Assembly (NCBI GenBank): GCA_965261735.1
Contig: OZ253470.1
Coordinates: 224,001-288,000, forward strand
DNA length: 64,000 bases
Source of the DNA: Alphaproteobacteria bacterium
GTDB lineage: Bacteria > Pseudomonadota > Alphaproteobacteria > SHVV01
Direction: 5' to 3'
This document shows, piece by piece, positions 50,456 to 61,266 of the stretch. The translations under genes and the position numbers were made by a program. The notes below the pieces were generated by a model. It did no database searches. It was given only the letters and a program-made list of their open reading frames with translations, and was not told the origin of the DNA. Within the stretch, counting starts at the first letter, position 1. Every line of letters begins with the position of its first letter.

Positions 50456-51370
50456 ATGCAAGAGTTCATCAGCACCGAAACGTCACAGACCGCAATAGCT
50501 TGCGAACAAGCCGCCCTGTTCGGCGCGACCCCTGGTCCCGACGAGTTCGACAACCGTGAGATCTGGAACGAGGAAGAGGCGCTTGCCGGGATCGAGGAAG
50601 CAATCCACATCCTGGCCGGTGTGGTCGCACCGGACGGCACGCAGCTCTCCGACGAACGCGAGAGCCTCCTCTGGGGCTTCGTCAATGCACTGCACGCCCA
50701 GGTCCAGCGCCTCGACCGGGGTATCGACAAGATCGCGCCCGAGATGAAAGATCTCGGCCAAGAGCAGGACGGCTCCGAGATCAAGTCGCGCGAACTGGAA
50801 CTCCTCACCGGACGGGTCCAGAACCTTGGCGACCGCCGCGACGCCTTCGAGGCCATGCGCGACCTCGCCGCCGAAGGATATCGCACCGAGACCGGCGATA
50901 CCTGGCGCCCGCGCAACGGATCGCACAGCAGCCAGACCGGCAAACTCACCTCGGCCGCCATCGACGCCCGCGACTATCTGCGCGCCCGCAACAACCGCGA
51001 GACCTCAACACATCTGCCCGAGGGCACCCTGGTCGCCTTCACCGGCGGCAAGGACTTCGGCGACGTCACCGCCATCTGGCGCTCGCTGGACAGCATCAAG
51101 ATCAAGTACGACGATATGGTCCTGCTGCACGGCGGCGGACCCGGCGCGGAGAAGATCGCGGCAAGCTGGGCGGAGAAGAACGGCGTCCATCAGGTCGTCT
51201 GTAAGCCGAACTGGGACCGGGACGGCAAGGCTGCGCCCTTCCGGCGTAACGACGTCCTGCTCAACTTCCTGCCGAAAGGCCTCGTCGCCTTCCCCGGCTC
51301 CGGCATCACGAATAACATGATCGACAAGGCACGCAAGATCGGAATCCCCGTCCTTCTCGCCGCCGCATAA
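50456..51370 (+). CDS. DUF2493 (YspA/SLOG-like C-terminal domain) protein
   Basis: VAFTGG, LLHGG..GAE.IA..WA, AAPFRRND and AFPGSG motifs. Confidence 0.85.
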   Translation: MQEFISTETSQTAIACEQAALFGATPGPDEFDNREIWNEEEALAGIEEAIHILAGVVAPDGTQLSDERESLLWGFVNALHAQVQRLDRGIDKIAPEMKDLGQEQDGSEIKSRELELLTGRVQNLGDRRDAFEAMRDLAAEGYRTETGDTWRPRNGSHSSQTGKLTSAAIDARDYLRARNNRETSTHLPEGTLVAFTGGKDFGDVTAIWRSLDSIKIKYDDMVLLHGGGPGAEKIAASWAEKNGVHQVVCKPNWDRDGKAAPFRRNDVLLNFLPKGLVAFPGSGITNNMIDKARKIGIPVLLAAA

Positions 51371-51382
51371 CCGCACCCTTCA

Positions 51383-51426
51383 GGGTCGGCCCCCGCCATC
51401 ACACAGCGGAGGTCGGCCCCTTTTTT
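51383..51426 (+). terminator. Rho-independent terminator
   Basis: GGGTCGGCCCCCGC/GCGGAGGTCGGCCC stem with G-U pairs, then a T-tract. Confidence 0.65.
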
Positions 51427-51675
51427 ATGCCGTGTGCATAAAGTCACGGCCCATGGCGGGGCGCTTCGCGCCACCGCCAATTGTGCGAGCTTACGCTCGC
51501 TGTCGGCTCCTCGTTCTTCGAACGACGCATCGCCGCCTATCGGATCGGCCGCTTCGCGCTATCGCCGTATGCGGGCGCTGAAGCGCCATGCTGGCGCCCG
51601 GCCATCCCCCATTGCAACTTCATTATCCGCATCCCGAAAACCGCCACGACGAACCCATATGCGCCGTCATTCGTC

Positions 51676-51978
51676 TCAGAACGGATCTTTGCCTTCTTCG
51701 GACACCATAGCCCTGGCAGCCTCAGCTACCTTCCTTCCCGGCAACACGCCCTTGTCCAGAAACGTCCGCAGACTGCGCTCCGTGATATCGATGCCGCCTG
51801 TTTTCAACACCTCATGCATTTGAGCCACCGTCACTCCCTTCGCCTGTTGCTTGACCAGCCGCTTCCGCAAACGGTCCAGTACATCAGTCAGGCTCAGCTT
51901 CGGCGGCTCAAGTTTCGCCAACTCGCCGTCTATTGCATCGAAGTCGATATCCGCTTCGTTGAAGCGTTTCGCCGGCAT
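51676..51978 (-). CDS. Small protein divergent from the relaxase (possible relaxosome or stability accessory)
   Basis: GGGAG RBS; position next to the oriT candidate; helix-turn-helix-like C-terminal half. Confidence 0.65.
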   Translation of the reverse strand: MPAKRFNEADIDFDAIDGELAKLEPPKLSLTDVLDRLRKRLVKQQAKGVTVAQMHEVLKTGGIDITERSLRTFLDKGVLPGRKVAEAARAMVSEEGKDPF

Positions 51979-52381
51979 CGTCCATCTCCCCGCTGTTTCC
52001 AGAATCCGCGATCAAGCCCGGATTCTGCCATTGGTCCGACAGCCGGTCAATTCCGCCATTCGAACGGCCATTTCAAGTGTGCCGCCACGTTCCAAGGCAG
52101 GGCCAAATTCCCCTTGATCTCCGATTATGCAGTCTATATCCTCTCGCGAAACATGAGAGAGTATCTAAGTCGTCTCACACCTCTGCACCCTTGGTGCTTT
52201 GGGTCGATGAATGTAATGAGTGTTGACCTGACCTGCAGAGATCGCATGGCCGTTACGTTAAGCCCCTGTAAAATACAGGAATTCCCAAAGCTGGAATCAT
52301 GAGAGCTACGACAGTCAAATTCCAGCTGTGTTCCGGCCAGGTTGTATCCCTATCCGGCAACCTCGTTACCGGGCTGGCGTC
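51979..52381. other. Candidate oriT region
   Basis: AT-richer divergent intergenic region upstream of the relaxase, with inverted repeats CTCTC..GAGAG (about 52141-52161) and GCACC-CTT-GGTGC (about 52185-52197). nic site not identified. Confidence 0.5.
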
Positions 52382-55300
52382 ATGGTAGCCACTCTGGCCC
52401 AGGCCGCCTCGGCCGCCTATTACCTGGAGAGCCAGCGCTCTTTCAGACATCCCAACGAGTACTACACGGCGGGAGAAGAACCCGACGGCGTCTGGTTCAA
52501 TCCGAAGGGCCTGTTCGGACTCGCGGACGACGGCAAGGTCGATAGCAGCGATTTCCACCGGCTGTACAACGGCTTCGCACCGAACACCGGAGGAAAACTG
52601 ACACAAAATGCGGGCAGCGAACGCCGTTCTGCGGGTTTGGACATGACCTTCAGCGCTGACAAGAGTGTCTCCGCCTTGTGGGCGGTCGCCGATCCCGAGC
52701 TGCGATCGGAGATGGAGAAGGCTCATAACGATGCGGCGCGTGTGGCGCTGGAAGAAACTGTGCTGCGCCATTGCGCCTATACCCGTACCCGTACCCAGGA
52801 CGGCGATATCGAGGTGCTGTCCGCCGATATATCTGCCGCGATGTTCCAGCATGGAACCAGCCGGGACAACGACCCGCAGCTTCATACCCACTGCGTGATC
52901 TTCAATGCCGCCCGGACACACCGCGACGGCAAGTACCGAGCGCTGCATCAGCATCCGGTCTACACCTGGATGAAAGCGGCGGGGGCAGTCTACCGCACTG
53001 CCATGGCATGGAGCCTCCAAGAGCGTCTCGGTATCCGCATGGAACAGTATGGAAAGGATGGAGAGTTTACGCGCATCGCAGGCATGCCCGAGGACTTGAT
53101 CGGACACTGGTCGAAGCGCCGGATGGCGATTATCGAAGCGGCCCGGGAGATGGGCTTTACGGTCGAAGGCAACGCGCCGCGCGCGGCGGCGGCGAACAAG
53201 ATCACGCGGGTCGGCAAGTCGCCGGACAACGACCCGGAGATTCGCCATGCGCGCTGGCGCGGAGAAGCGGAGGGGTATGTCGAGCGGGAAGCACTGATTG
53301 CCTCGATATTGGACAAGGCGCAAGCCATTATGCAACAGCAGATCCGGGCGCTGACGGAAGTCCTGGAAAACCTGCCGGAACGCCTCACGCGCGAGGAGGC
53401 GGTGTTTCGCCTCCCGGACATCGTCGAGCGGGTTGGCAACGCCACCGCCGGGCTCCTGAACCGCGATGCGGTAGCAACAAGCATAGAGCGTGTTCTTCTG
53501 AGCCCAGAGGTGGTGCGACTGACCCGCCCTCCGCGTTCGGCCGAGGGCCGGGCCGACATGGCGCATACCAGGCTCTATTCAACCCGTCACAACCTGCAGA
53601 TGGAGATGGAAGTCAGGGATATGGCGGAGGGCATGGCCGCCGGTAAGGGACATTCCCTGTCCGCCCAGGTCATCGAGGCAAAGGTGGTGGGGCTGCTAAA
53701 GGCGGGTTATCCGCTGAGCGAAGAACAGATCACGGCAATACGGACGGTCACGTCTTCCGGGGGCCGGGTCGCCATCATCGAAGGAGCGGCAGGTTCTGGC
53801 AAGACCACGACGTTGCGGCCCATCGCCGATCTCTATCGCGAACACGGACAGAGCATCATCGCCACCGCCGTGGCCTGGCGGACAGCAGTGGCGTTGGGCA
53901 ACGATGTCGATGCGCGCCCGTTCTGCGTCGACAAGCTGCTGCGCCTTGCCGCGCGGGGCGGGATCGAGATTAACAAGGATACCACCATCATCGTCGATGA
54001 GGCGGGGATGCTGTCGACCCGCCAGGCGCATCACATTCTCCAGCTCTCCGAGCGCCATGGAGCGAAGATCGTCTTCGCGGGCGACACGCAACAACAGCAA
54101 CCCGTGGAAGCTGGACCGGGGTTGAGGTTGATTCGCGACGCCGTTGGCAGCGTGCGGGTGGACCGCATACGGCGCCAGAAAGCGGACATCGAGGATATCC
54201 TGGTTCATGTCCATGGTGAGACGCCGGAGGCAGCGCGGTTCCGGGCAGGGCTTATGGGAGAGCAAGAACGCGCCAAAAAGCTTGGCAATTACGAGGCCAT
54301 GACTGAGAAACCCCAGTTCACGCCGTGGCAGGTTTCCGCGTCGGAAGCGTTGCGCGATGGAGATGCGGCATCGGCCATCGCGGCCCATCACACAAGGAGG
54401 CGGTTCCATATCGGGTATGACGAAGAAAAGACGCTGACGGGTCTGGTCGATGATTGGGACAGTTACCAGAGGACAAACCCTGGCAAATCCAGTGTGGTGC
54501 TGGCCCGCACACGGGCCGAGGTGCGGGCTCTTTCGCATCTCATGCGGGAGCGTCGTTTCGCCGCCCTGCCGGATGGTGATCAGCCCGATACGGAACGGGT
54601 AACGGTGATGGTAAGCAGGGGTACAGAAGACGATCGTGCGGCTTCTCCATTGGAGATCGCGCGCGGCGACCAACTGCGTATCGGCGCCACGCACTGGGAG
54701 AAGCAGCTGTTCAACGGCACCGTGGTCACGGTGGACGACTTCAAGGTTCAAAGAGGGGAGGCTGGTACGGAACCAAGTGTCCTGATATCGGCTCGCACCG
54801 AGGATGGGCGGTCCGTCGCGTTCCGCCACGACGAGATCCGCGACTGGTACGGCAATGTCCGTCTCGATCATGGCTATGCCCTCACTATTACCTCCGCCCA
54901 GGGGTTGACCGTGGACCGGACGTTCCTGTTGGCGGATGCAAGGCCCGCGCGTGAAACCATCTATCCCGCGGCGACGCGCCACCGCGAAGGGCTCGATATT
55001 TACGTTAACCGGGCACCGCTCGCTCTCGATATCGCCGACAGGCGAGCGGACAACGACCGGGAAATCGCGGTGACGGACACCGAGATCCGGGCGTATCTGG
55101 CCGAACGCTGGTCGAGGTCGCAACCGAAGGAGGCCGCGCTCGACTACATGGCCGCGGGCAAATGGGAAAACCGGCGGGAGAATGTCAAGGAGGATAGAAG
55201 TCGGTCCGCCGGAGAAACACAGGCCGAGGCGGGCCAGGGACGGGCGGCGGAGAACGACAACACGCTGGCCCGTATCGCGCGGGATATTCGGCGCACCGCC

Positions 55301-56557
55301 TTCGGCTGGCGTCATGCCCAGACGGTAGCTTCGTTCGTAGACGGCCGCAGGCGAGTTCTGGCGGCTTACGATGAACTCCGCGAGCGCACCCGAGCCGAGG
55401 GCGACTCTGTGGCGCTGGGCCGGGCATTTCGAGAAACCCTCAACCGGCACGCCGTGCTGCTGAAACAGGCCGCGGCCTTCCACGCCCGGCCGGACGACTT
55501 CGCCTCCCTTCTGGCCCAGCGCGGCGGCATCGGGCACAAGGACCTCGACGCCTTCGAGGATCTCCATACACGGGCGCGACGCCACCGGCGCGCGGCCACG
55601 ATGCGCTATGTGCATCGGATCAAGCGGGAGGCCGAACAACAGGGGCTCGAGCCCGAGAGGCGCCACGGAGTGCTGCCGCTTGGGGGCCGAGCCATTGAAG
55701 CGGCCGAACGAGCCGAAACGGAAGAGCGGAATACGATTGCGGCGCCAACCGAGGTTCATGCCGGCGAGGCGGTGCCCGCAAGGAACGTGGAACCCGCGAA
55801 GCCGTACTGGTATGCGCCCTACATGGCATTGCGCCAGGACTGGAACGCCTTCATCGAAGGTGCCCGGCAAGCTGGGATGATGACGTTCTATGCCAAGGGG
55901 TATGCGGACATGATCCCGCGCATCCGGGACCTCGCAGAGAACCCGGATGTCCCAGCCGTAACACGGGCGCCCATGATGCAGGTTCTGGAGAATCACCAGC
56001 GTTATTTCTCGACGCGCAAACATATTGAGGACTACCTGGACCAAGTGGACCGGCACATAGAAGAACACGACTCCATGGAAAGCCTGGCCGAAGAGCTCGA
56101 CATGAAAGTGGCCGAGATTTCGGATTATCCTGACTGGCGCCGGGAGAACGACCACCTGACGACAGCGGGCGAGGCCATCCTCTCGGACATGGAGACCCAC
56201 GGTCCCCATCTCGATCACATCCTGATCGGCGAGACACGCATGAAATGGGCGCTCTTGAACATGAGCCGCGCCATCCGCCGCGACGACGAGGCCATCAGCG
56301 AGGAAGCCATCGCGGCCGAAAAGCTGCTTGCCCAGCCGGAAACGTCCGAGGAGCGGGAGCAGCGGGCCGAACTGGAGGCTCTCAAATTCCGTCGGCTCCA
56401 GTCGGCTGTGGACGATGCAGCCACACAAGAGGAGCGCGAGGCGGCGCAAAAGGAATTCGACGACTATGTCGAGCGCCACTCCGGAAAGTACGATTCGCCC
56501 AGCGAAGAGGAGCACGAGGGCCGCTCAATATCCAGGAGCTGGAGCATCCGCCTGTAA
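52382..56557 (+). CDS. MOBF (TrwC/TraI-type) relaxase-helicase
   Basis: AAYY..EYY, DMTFSADKSVS, HGTSRDNDPQLHTH, GAAGSGKTT, IVDEAGM and HGYALTITSAQG motifs. Confidence 0.95.
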   Translation: MVATLAQAASAAYYLESQRSFRHPNEYYTAGEEPDGVWFNPKGLFGLADDGKVDSSDFHRLYNGFAPNTGGKLTQNAGSERRSAGLDMTFSADKSVSALWAVADPELRSEMEKAHNDAARVALEETVLRHCAYTRTRTQDGDIEVLSADISAAMFQHGTSRDNDPQLHTHCVIFNAARTHRDGKYRALHQHPVYTWMKAAGAVYRTAMAWSLQERLGIRMEQYGKDGEFTRIAGMPEDLIGHWSKRRMAIIEAAREMGFTVEGNAPRAAAANKITRVGKSPDNDPEIRHARWRGEAEGYVEREALIASILDKAQAIMQQQIRALTEVLENLPERLTREEAVFRLPDIVERVGNATAGLLNRDAVATSIERVLLSPEVVRLTRPPRSAEGRADMAHTRLYSTRHNLQMEMEVRDMAEGMAAGKGHSLSAQVIEAKVVGLLKAGYPLSEEQITAIRTVTSSGGRVAIIEGAAGSGKTTTLRPIADLYREHGQSIIATAVAWRTAVALGNDVDARPFCVDKLLRLAARGGIEINKDTTIIVDEAGMLSTRQAHHILQLSERHGAKIVFAGDTQQQQPVEAGPGLRLIRDAVGSVRVDRIRRQKADIEDILVHVHGETPEAARFRAGLMGEQERAKKLGNYEAMTEKPQFTPWQVSASEALRDGDAASAIAAHHTRRRFHIGYDEEKTLTGLVDDWDSYQRTNPGKSSVVLARTRAEVRALSHLMRERRFAALPDGDQPDTERVTVMVSRGTEDDRAASPLEIARGDQLRIGATHWEKQLFNGTVVTVDDFKVQRGEAGTEPSVLISARTEDGRSVAFRHDEIRDWYGNVRLDHGYALTITSAQGLTVDRTFLLADARPARETIYPAATRHREGLDIYVNRAPLALDIADRRADNDREIAVTDTEIRAYLAERWSRSQPKEAALDYMAAGKWENRRENVKEDRSRSAGETQAEAGQGRAAENDNTLARIARDIRRTAFGWRHAQTVASFVDGRRRVLAAYDELRERTRAEGDSVALGRAFRETLNRHAVLLKQAAAFHARPDDFASLLAQRGGIGHKDLDAFEDLHTRARRHRRAATMRYVHRIKREAEQQGLEPERRHGVLPLGGRAIEAAERAETEERNTIAAPTEVHAGEAVPARNVEPAKPYWYAPYMALRQDWNAFIEGARQAGMMTFYAKGYADMIPRIRDLAENPDVPAVTRAPMMQVLENHQRYFSTRKHIEDYLDQVDRHIEEHDSMESLAEELDMKVAEISDYPDWRRENDHLTTAGEAILSDMETHGPHLDHILIGETRMKWALLNMSRAIRRDDEAISEEAIAAEKLLAQPETSEEREQRAELEALKFRRLQSAVDDAATQEEREAAQKEFDDYVERHSGKYDSPSEEEHEGRSISRSWSIRL

Positions 56558-57098
56558 CTGCAACCCGTTTGGCCACATCCGCGCCCTTTCCCGTGACCTC
56601 GTGGCATGGATGCCGCCAATCACCGAACAGGTAATGCTCGACTGACAGGCACAGAACCCCACCGTATTTTCAGCTTGACGCGGGTTTCAGATCGAACAAC
56701 ATCTTACCTCCCGTCCTATTGAGACGGGCTCACAAAACGGGCACGGGGTTCGGTCGGCCTTCGATCAGAAATCCGTATCAATAAGCCTCCGCCACGAGGC
56801 GGAAGATCAGATCGTCCAGCCAGCCCGTCAACGGATTGTCGACAACCGTTTCCTCCGCAAGCAGACTCTCGGGCTCGGTGCTCTTGGTCCAGAACCTCGC
56901 GTCCCAGAGATCCCGGCGCGCCTCGGCAAGTGCAAAAAGATGAATGCTTGGTGTTTGGCATCGCTCCCATTCAGCCGAGCGGAACCGCTTTCCGGCCGAC
57001 CATGTTGTTCGGCGTGGGTGTTCAACGCCGATAGGCATGCTAACCCATTGACGTTCCGAGAGTCTGGGGGGTCAAGCGCCTACGCCTAACAACAGCAT

Positions 57099-57221
57099 TG
57101 CCAAGTTAACTGATTGTAGGCTGTTTTCGGCATTTCCCCATGAAGCTAAGCCATTGAATTTGCATAGGGCAGCCATCGACAATTTATCGAAATTTTCGGA
57201 GTAAATCGGGTTAACTTGACA
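57099..57221. mobile_element. MITE-like element, copy 1
   Basis: Ends TGCCAAGTTAAC...GTTAACTTGACA; homologous over its whole length to the reverse complement of 61267-61388. Confidence 0.8.
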
Positions 57222-57549
57222 AAGCCTCGGCACCAGCACCCCGCGCGGGCCGGCCTCAGCCATTTTCATCGATGTGCCGGTCGTCCAGCGCCCGGTCGCG
57301 TCCACCTCCAGCTCGCCCGTGCCGTAGCCCAGAATCCCCCACACCGAGAGCCGCTCGCTCAGCGCAAGCCGCGCATAGGGAGGGGTGCACGCTCGTGAGC
57401 GTGGTCCCCCGCAACCCTGCCCTCGAGATCAACGTAGCTGAACAAGCTGCCCCTAGACTCGTCTGAACCTCGCATCCGTTCCTCCTTCGGTCCACAAACC
57501 GAAAGAATCACTCACCGACTCCAAAGGCGAGGACTTTTTCAGCATCCTG

Positions 57550-58524
57550 CTAGTGGGCCATCTCCCGGATCAGGGCCTTGACCATTCGGGCCGCGTTGCC
57601 CGCCGCCAGGCGGAGGAAGACTTCGAGCTGGTTGGCCTGCCCGCTTCCTCCGGCGAGGTCCGAAAGGCTCCTGACCGCGATGAACGGAACACCGTTTGCG
57701 AAAGCGACATGCGCCACGGCGGCGCTTTCCATATCGAGCACCTGTGCGCCGAAGGTCTCGAAGGCGTAGTCGCGAAACGCCGCATTGTCGATGAAGGCCC
57801 CGCCCGATACGCCAGAGCCGCCGACCGCGACCCGGGGGGCATGCCGCAGGCACCGGTTTTCGGCAGTGCAGCGGTCAAGCGAGACCGTGGCGGCCGCCTA
57901 CCGCGCTTGGGCGAGGAGCGTTTCGTCCACCGGAAACCAGAAGCGTGTTTCGGGCCCGGCCGAGCCGGCTCGGCTGACGATCACCGACCGCGGGAACATC
58001 ATGCCGAAATTCGCAAACGGGTATTCGAAGAACGGCGGCTTCTCCCAGCCGTCTCCGGCCTTTTGCGCGAACAGCATCTCCAGGTATTGGCCCCAGCGGT
58101 CGGCGATCACGACATCGTCGATCCTGAGACCGGGGTCCACCCCGCCCGCAATGCCGGAAAAGACGATGCTTTGGACATGGAAACGGTCGAGCGCGGGCTG
58201 CACCGTCATCGCTGCATTCACCACGCTGATACCGCTCAGGAACAGCACGACATCGCGGCCCTCGAGCCGGCCGGTGACGAACTCGACGCCGTTCACGGAA
58301 TACACGGCACTGTCCTGGAGGCCCGCCTTCAGGATCGACATTTCCGGCAGGAAGGCCGAGACGACGGCGATCCGGCTCGTGCCGTCGTCGCGGGGATGCG
58401 CAGCCGCCGGCAGTGCGAACGCCGCCGCCATCAGGGCCCCAACGGCGAGACCGGCGACGGTTCTCACCAAGACCGCTATCCGCCGCAAGCGTCGCCCTTC
58501 GGGAACCGAAAGTATCTGGACCAT
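57550..58524 (-). pseudogene. Exported MTA/SAH nucleosidase-family (PNP_UDP_1) protein, frameshifted
   Basis: IAVVSAF..E, LSGISVVNAA, FSGIAGG, then LDMESAAVAHVA..PFIAVRSLSDLAG in another frame. Confidence 0.85.
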
Positions 58525-59157
58525 CTATCCATCTCCCGGACGGTTCGCATGCGAGCCGACAATCGTCGCTATTCGTCGAGCGCCATTACTGGCCCGGAGT
58601 CCGCAGGCAAGCAACCATATTTCTTTCGGGCAGTGCGGCAGTCTTCTGATCTGTCAGGCTGACGCGGGTAGCCAGCGGCGAGTACAACGGCCAAGCCGCG
58701 TCTGGCGCGCTGATCGTTCCCGGCGAGGCGTAAGCGCGGGAGGCGGCACGGGCTGCATCGTCTATCGCAAGCTGACGAATTTCCACGGCCCGTCGGCAAC
58801 GCCGACCGGGATCTTGGTTCGCTTTTCAGTATCCATGTAGTTGTCAAGACAACCGGCACTTACCTGCGTCTCCGAAGCACCGCGCGCCGGTCAGAGGGCG
58901 TGCTGAGCTGTAAGCTGGGCGACGAAATCGCGCGCCATTGACGTGGCCCGAACTCTTTGCATCCTTGCACTTAAGCCGTCAGTTACTTCAACACGTCGCC
59001 GCATGCCAACGTGCCGTAACTCGAACCGCTTGACCATGGAGTGGCGCAGGTTCTGGCCTTTGACGCTTGTCGCAAATCGAGTAATCGACACGATCTAAGA
59101 CCTGTAAGGAATCTCGTATGCGAATTGCGAAAGTCGGGATAGTCAAACGAATTGATC

Positions 59158-61176
59158 TCACTCAGGGGTTGTTGGGCTCGAATTACCGGGCGTACCAAGA
59201 TACTGGGTCTTGAATTCCCGGCGTGCTTCGCGGATAGCGGCGATAATCTCGCGTTTGAAGTCCTCCCGGCTCAACGTTTCCTCAAGCTCCAGCAACGCAA
59301 CGTCGATCGCGACACCCCCAGCGATACCGACGAGGATGCCGATGAATGCGCCGGCAGCTGTTCCCGCAACGGGTACAACTGTTCCAGCGGCCGCGCCAGC
59401 CAATGCGCCAGCTCCAACCTTGCTGGCCAGCGCTTTGACCGGCGCCTTGGCTGCTAACTTGATGACGGACTTTACGAGCAATTTCGCTGTGACTTTCTGA
59501 GCGATGATACCCCCGACGCCAGCGCCGGCTGCCGAACCGGCAGCGCCCGCTACTCCGAATCTGTGCGCGGCGGGAATGAAATCCTGATAGAAGGATGGCT
59601 GGAGGATGTCCTCAAGCGACTTAGTCAATACGACTTCGACCGCGGCGTGTTGTGGGTCTATTCGGTTCCGATCGAGTATGTCGCGCACCGCCTGCTCGTA
59701 CGCCGTCCTTGCGTTTTCATCGGCGGCGAACACGCGTTCGATGCCAGTATTGACGCCTGCGAACCACTGGTCCCGCCCGAACGTTTCGCCGGCCTTCTCA
59801 GTCAGATACCCTTCCAGGCGACTTGTTCCTCCGGTTAGCAGCATCAAAATTCGGCCATACTCGCCGGTCAGGCTGTAATACCAGTCGAGATATTCGTTAA
59901 CCGCGTCATTTTCGAGTCGCGCAAACGCAGCATCTACTTCGCCCCGAAGCTGATCGGCAGCCGCACCAACTGACGAGGCGGCTTCGGCACGCGCATTTTC
60001 GATTTGTTCAACGGTCCCCTGCCGGTAAAGACAGCGATGCTCGTCCGCGTCGATTTGGCTGTCACCGCTGCAATTGACGTCGCCGTTTATCTGCTCAACG
60101 GGCGGAAGCGCGTCAACCACGGACGTAATCGTTTTTTCCACCTTCTTGCGATGGCTCGCAATCTCCGACGCCCACGGCTCCAGTTGCGCGAGCAGCTGGG
60201 GAAAGATGAAGACTGACAGGATCGTCGTAACCACTGCGACCTTGAATGCAGCCGCCGCTGATCGCGGTACAAGATTCGCTTGCATGAATCCGGCTCGCGG
60301 GATCCGGAAGAAGGACAACGCAAGACAGGCGTTGTAGAGGATTGCGAAGTTGCCGATGCCCATCCCGAACAAGGCCAACAGCCACAACCCCCAGTGTACG
60401 TCCATAGAACGAAGATGGCCGAGCACAAAGGCCTCAAGGCCGTGGAAGTAGGCAAGCCCGTGCAGTGCTTCACCCACCAGAGCGTTCCCGCCCCACTCAT
60501 CGGTTGCCGCGACCTTTTTTGCGGTAATGGCAGCATCGATCGTCGCATGCTGTGGCGGGTCACCCAACCACGTCATCGCGAGCACGTAGAGCACCAGAAA
60601 TAACGCAGGACAAATCCAGCGCGACCACGCCAATGCCTGGGTGACCGCCACGTCCGCGTGCATCCCTGCATTCAACAGCCGGCGGTGAATGGCGGCGGAG
60701 AAGACTGAAAATAGCGGAATGATCAGGATCAGGACCAGCCATCCCGCCAGTTCGTAGACATGAAACTGCAACAGCAGGAGGAACGACATCCCCAGCCCCC
60801 AGATCGTCCACATCAGGATTCTCAGCGTTCGCCCGACCCACAGGTCGTATAGCCATCCCTGCCGCCAAAAAAATGCCGACGCTCTGCGCTGCTGACGCAC
60901 TGTGCCTGAACATATGCCGGCTAAGCACATGGGTGCGCCCAGCAGCAGCATGCCTATACCGAGAAACACCAGTTGTTCCATGGCCCAACCGCGTGAAACG
61001 GCGTAAACCGCCGAAACCCATAAAGTTGCCATAGCAACGAAGGGAAACTGACGGCAAGACCAGTCCCGTGGGTCGACATCCGTGACGGTGATTTCAGAGC
61101 CTTTCCGCGACGCCAGCAGTTCGTCTCCCCAATCCGAAGACGCTGGAGCGCGTTTCGTTGATTCCGGTGTGCTCAT
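59158..61176 (-). CDS. Multi-pass membrane protein with a C-terminal glycine-zipper hairpin
   Basis: Several hydrophobic segments, a soluble helical region (YLDWYYSLTGEY) and GxxxG repeats; start uncertain. Confidence 0.75.
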   Translation of the reverse strand: MSTPESTKRAPASSDWGDELLASRKGSEITVTDVDPRDWSCRQFPFVAMATLWVSAVYAVSRGWAMEQLVFLGIGMLLLGAPMCLAGICSGTVRQQRRASAFFWRQGWLYDLWVGRTLRILMWTIWGLGMSFLLLLQFHVYELAGWLVLILIIPLFSVFSAAIHRRLLNAGMHADVAVTQALAWSRWICPALFLVLYVLAMTWLGDPPQHATIDAAITAKKVAATDEWGGNALVGEALHGLAYFHGLEAFVLGHLRSMDVHWGLWLLALFGMGIGNFAILYNACLALSFFRIPRAGFMQANLVPRSAAAAFKVAVVTTILSVFIFPQLLAQLEPWASEIASHRKKVEKTITSVVDALPPVEQINGDVNCSGDSQIDADEHRCLYRQGTVEQIENARAEAASSVGAAADQLRGEVDAAFARLENDAVNEYLDWYYSLTGEYGRILMLLTGGTSRLEGYLTEKAGETFGRDQWFAGVNTGIERVFAADENARTAYEQAVRDILDRNRIDPQHAAVEVVLTKSLEDILQPSFYQDFIPAAHRFGVAGAAGSAAGAGVGGIIAQKVTAKLLVKSVIKLAAKAPVKALASKVGAGALAGAAAGTVVPVAGTAAGAFIGILVGIAGGVAIDVALLELEETLSREDFKREIIAAIREARREFKTQYLGTPGNSSPTTPE

Positions 61177-61266
61177 GATGAACTCGACATTGGCGAACTA
61201 AAATGCACGGGGAAAAGCGTGTTCGAGGGAATACCCATTCGGTAACGCTTGCCCGTCTAGCGACTT

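Noticed and set aside
53696-56515. 939-aa minus-strand ORF and similar long antisense ORFs (886-2229, 19134-21374, 33347-34816, 43328-44722)
   Set aside because: These are shadow ORFs of real genes or IS mosaics in high-GC DNA, with no recognisable motifs of their own.
56716-57040. Protein-like fragment (..DNPLTGWLDDLIFRLVAEAY) downstream of the relaxase
   Set aside because: Probably the frameshifted 3' remnant of a gene, but I cannot assign a family.
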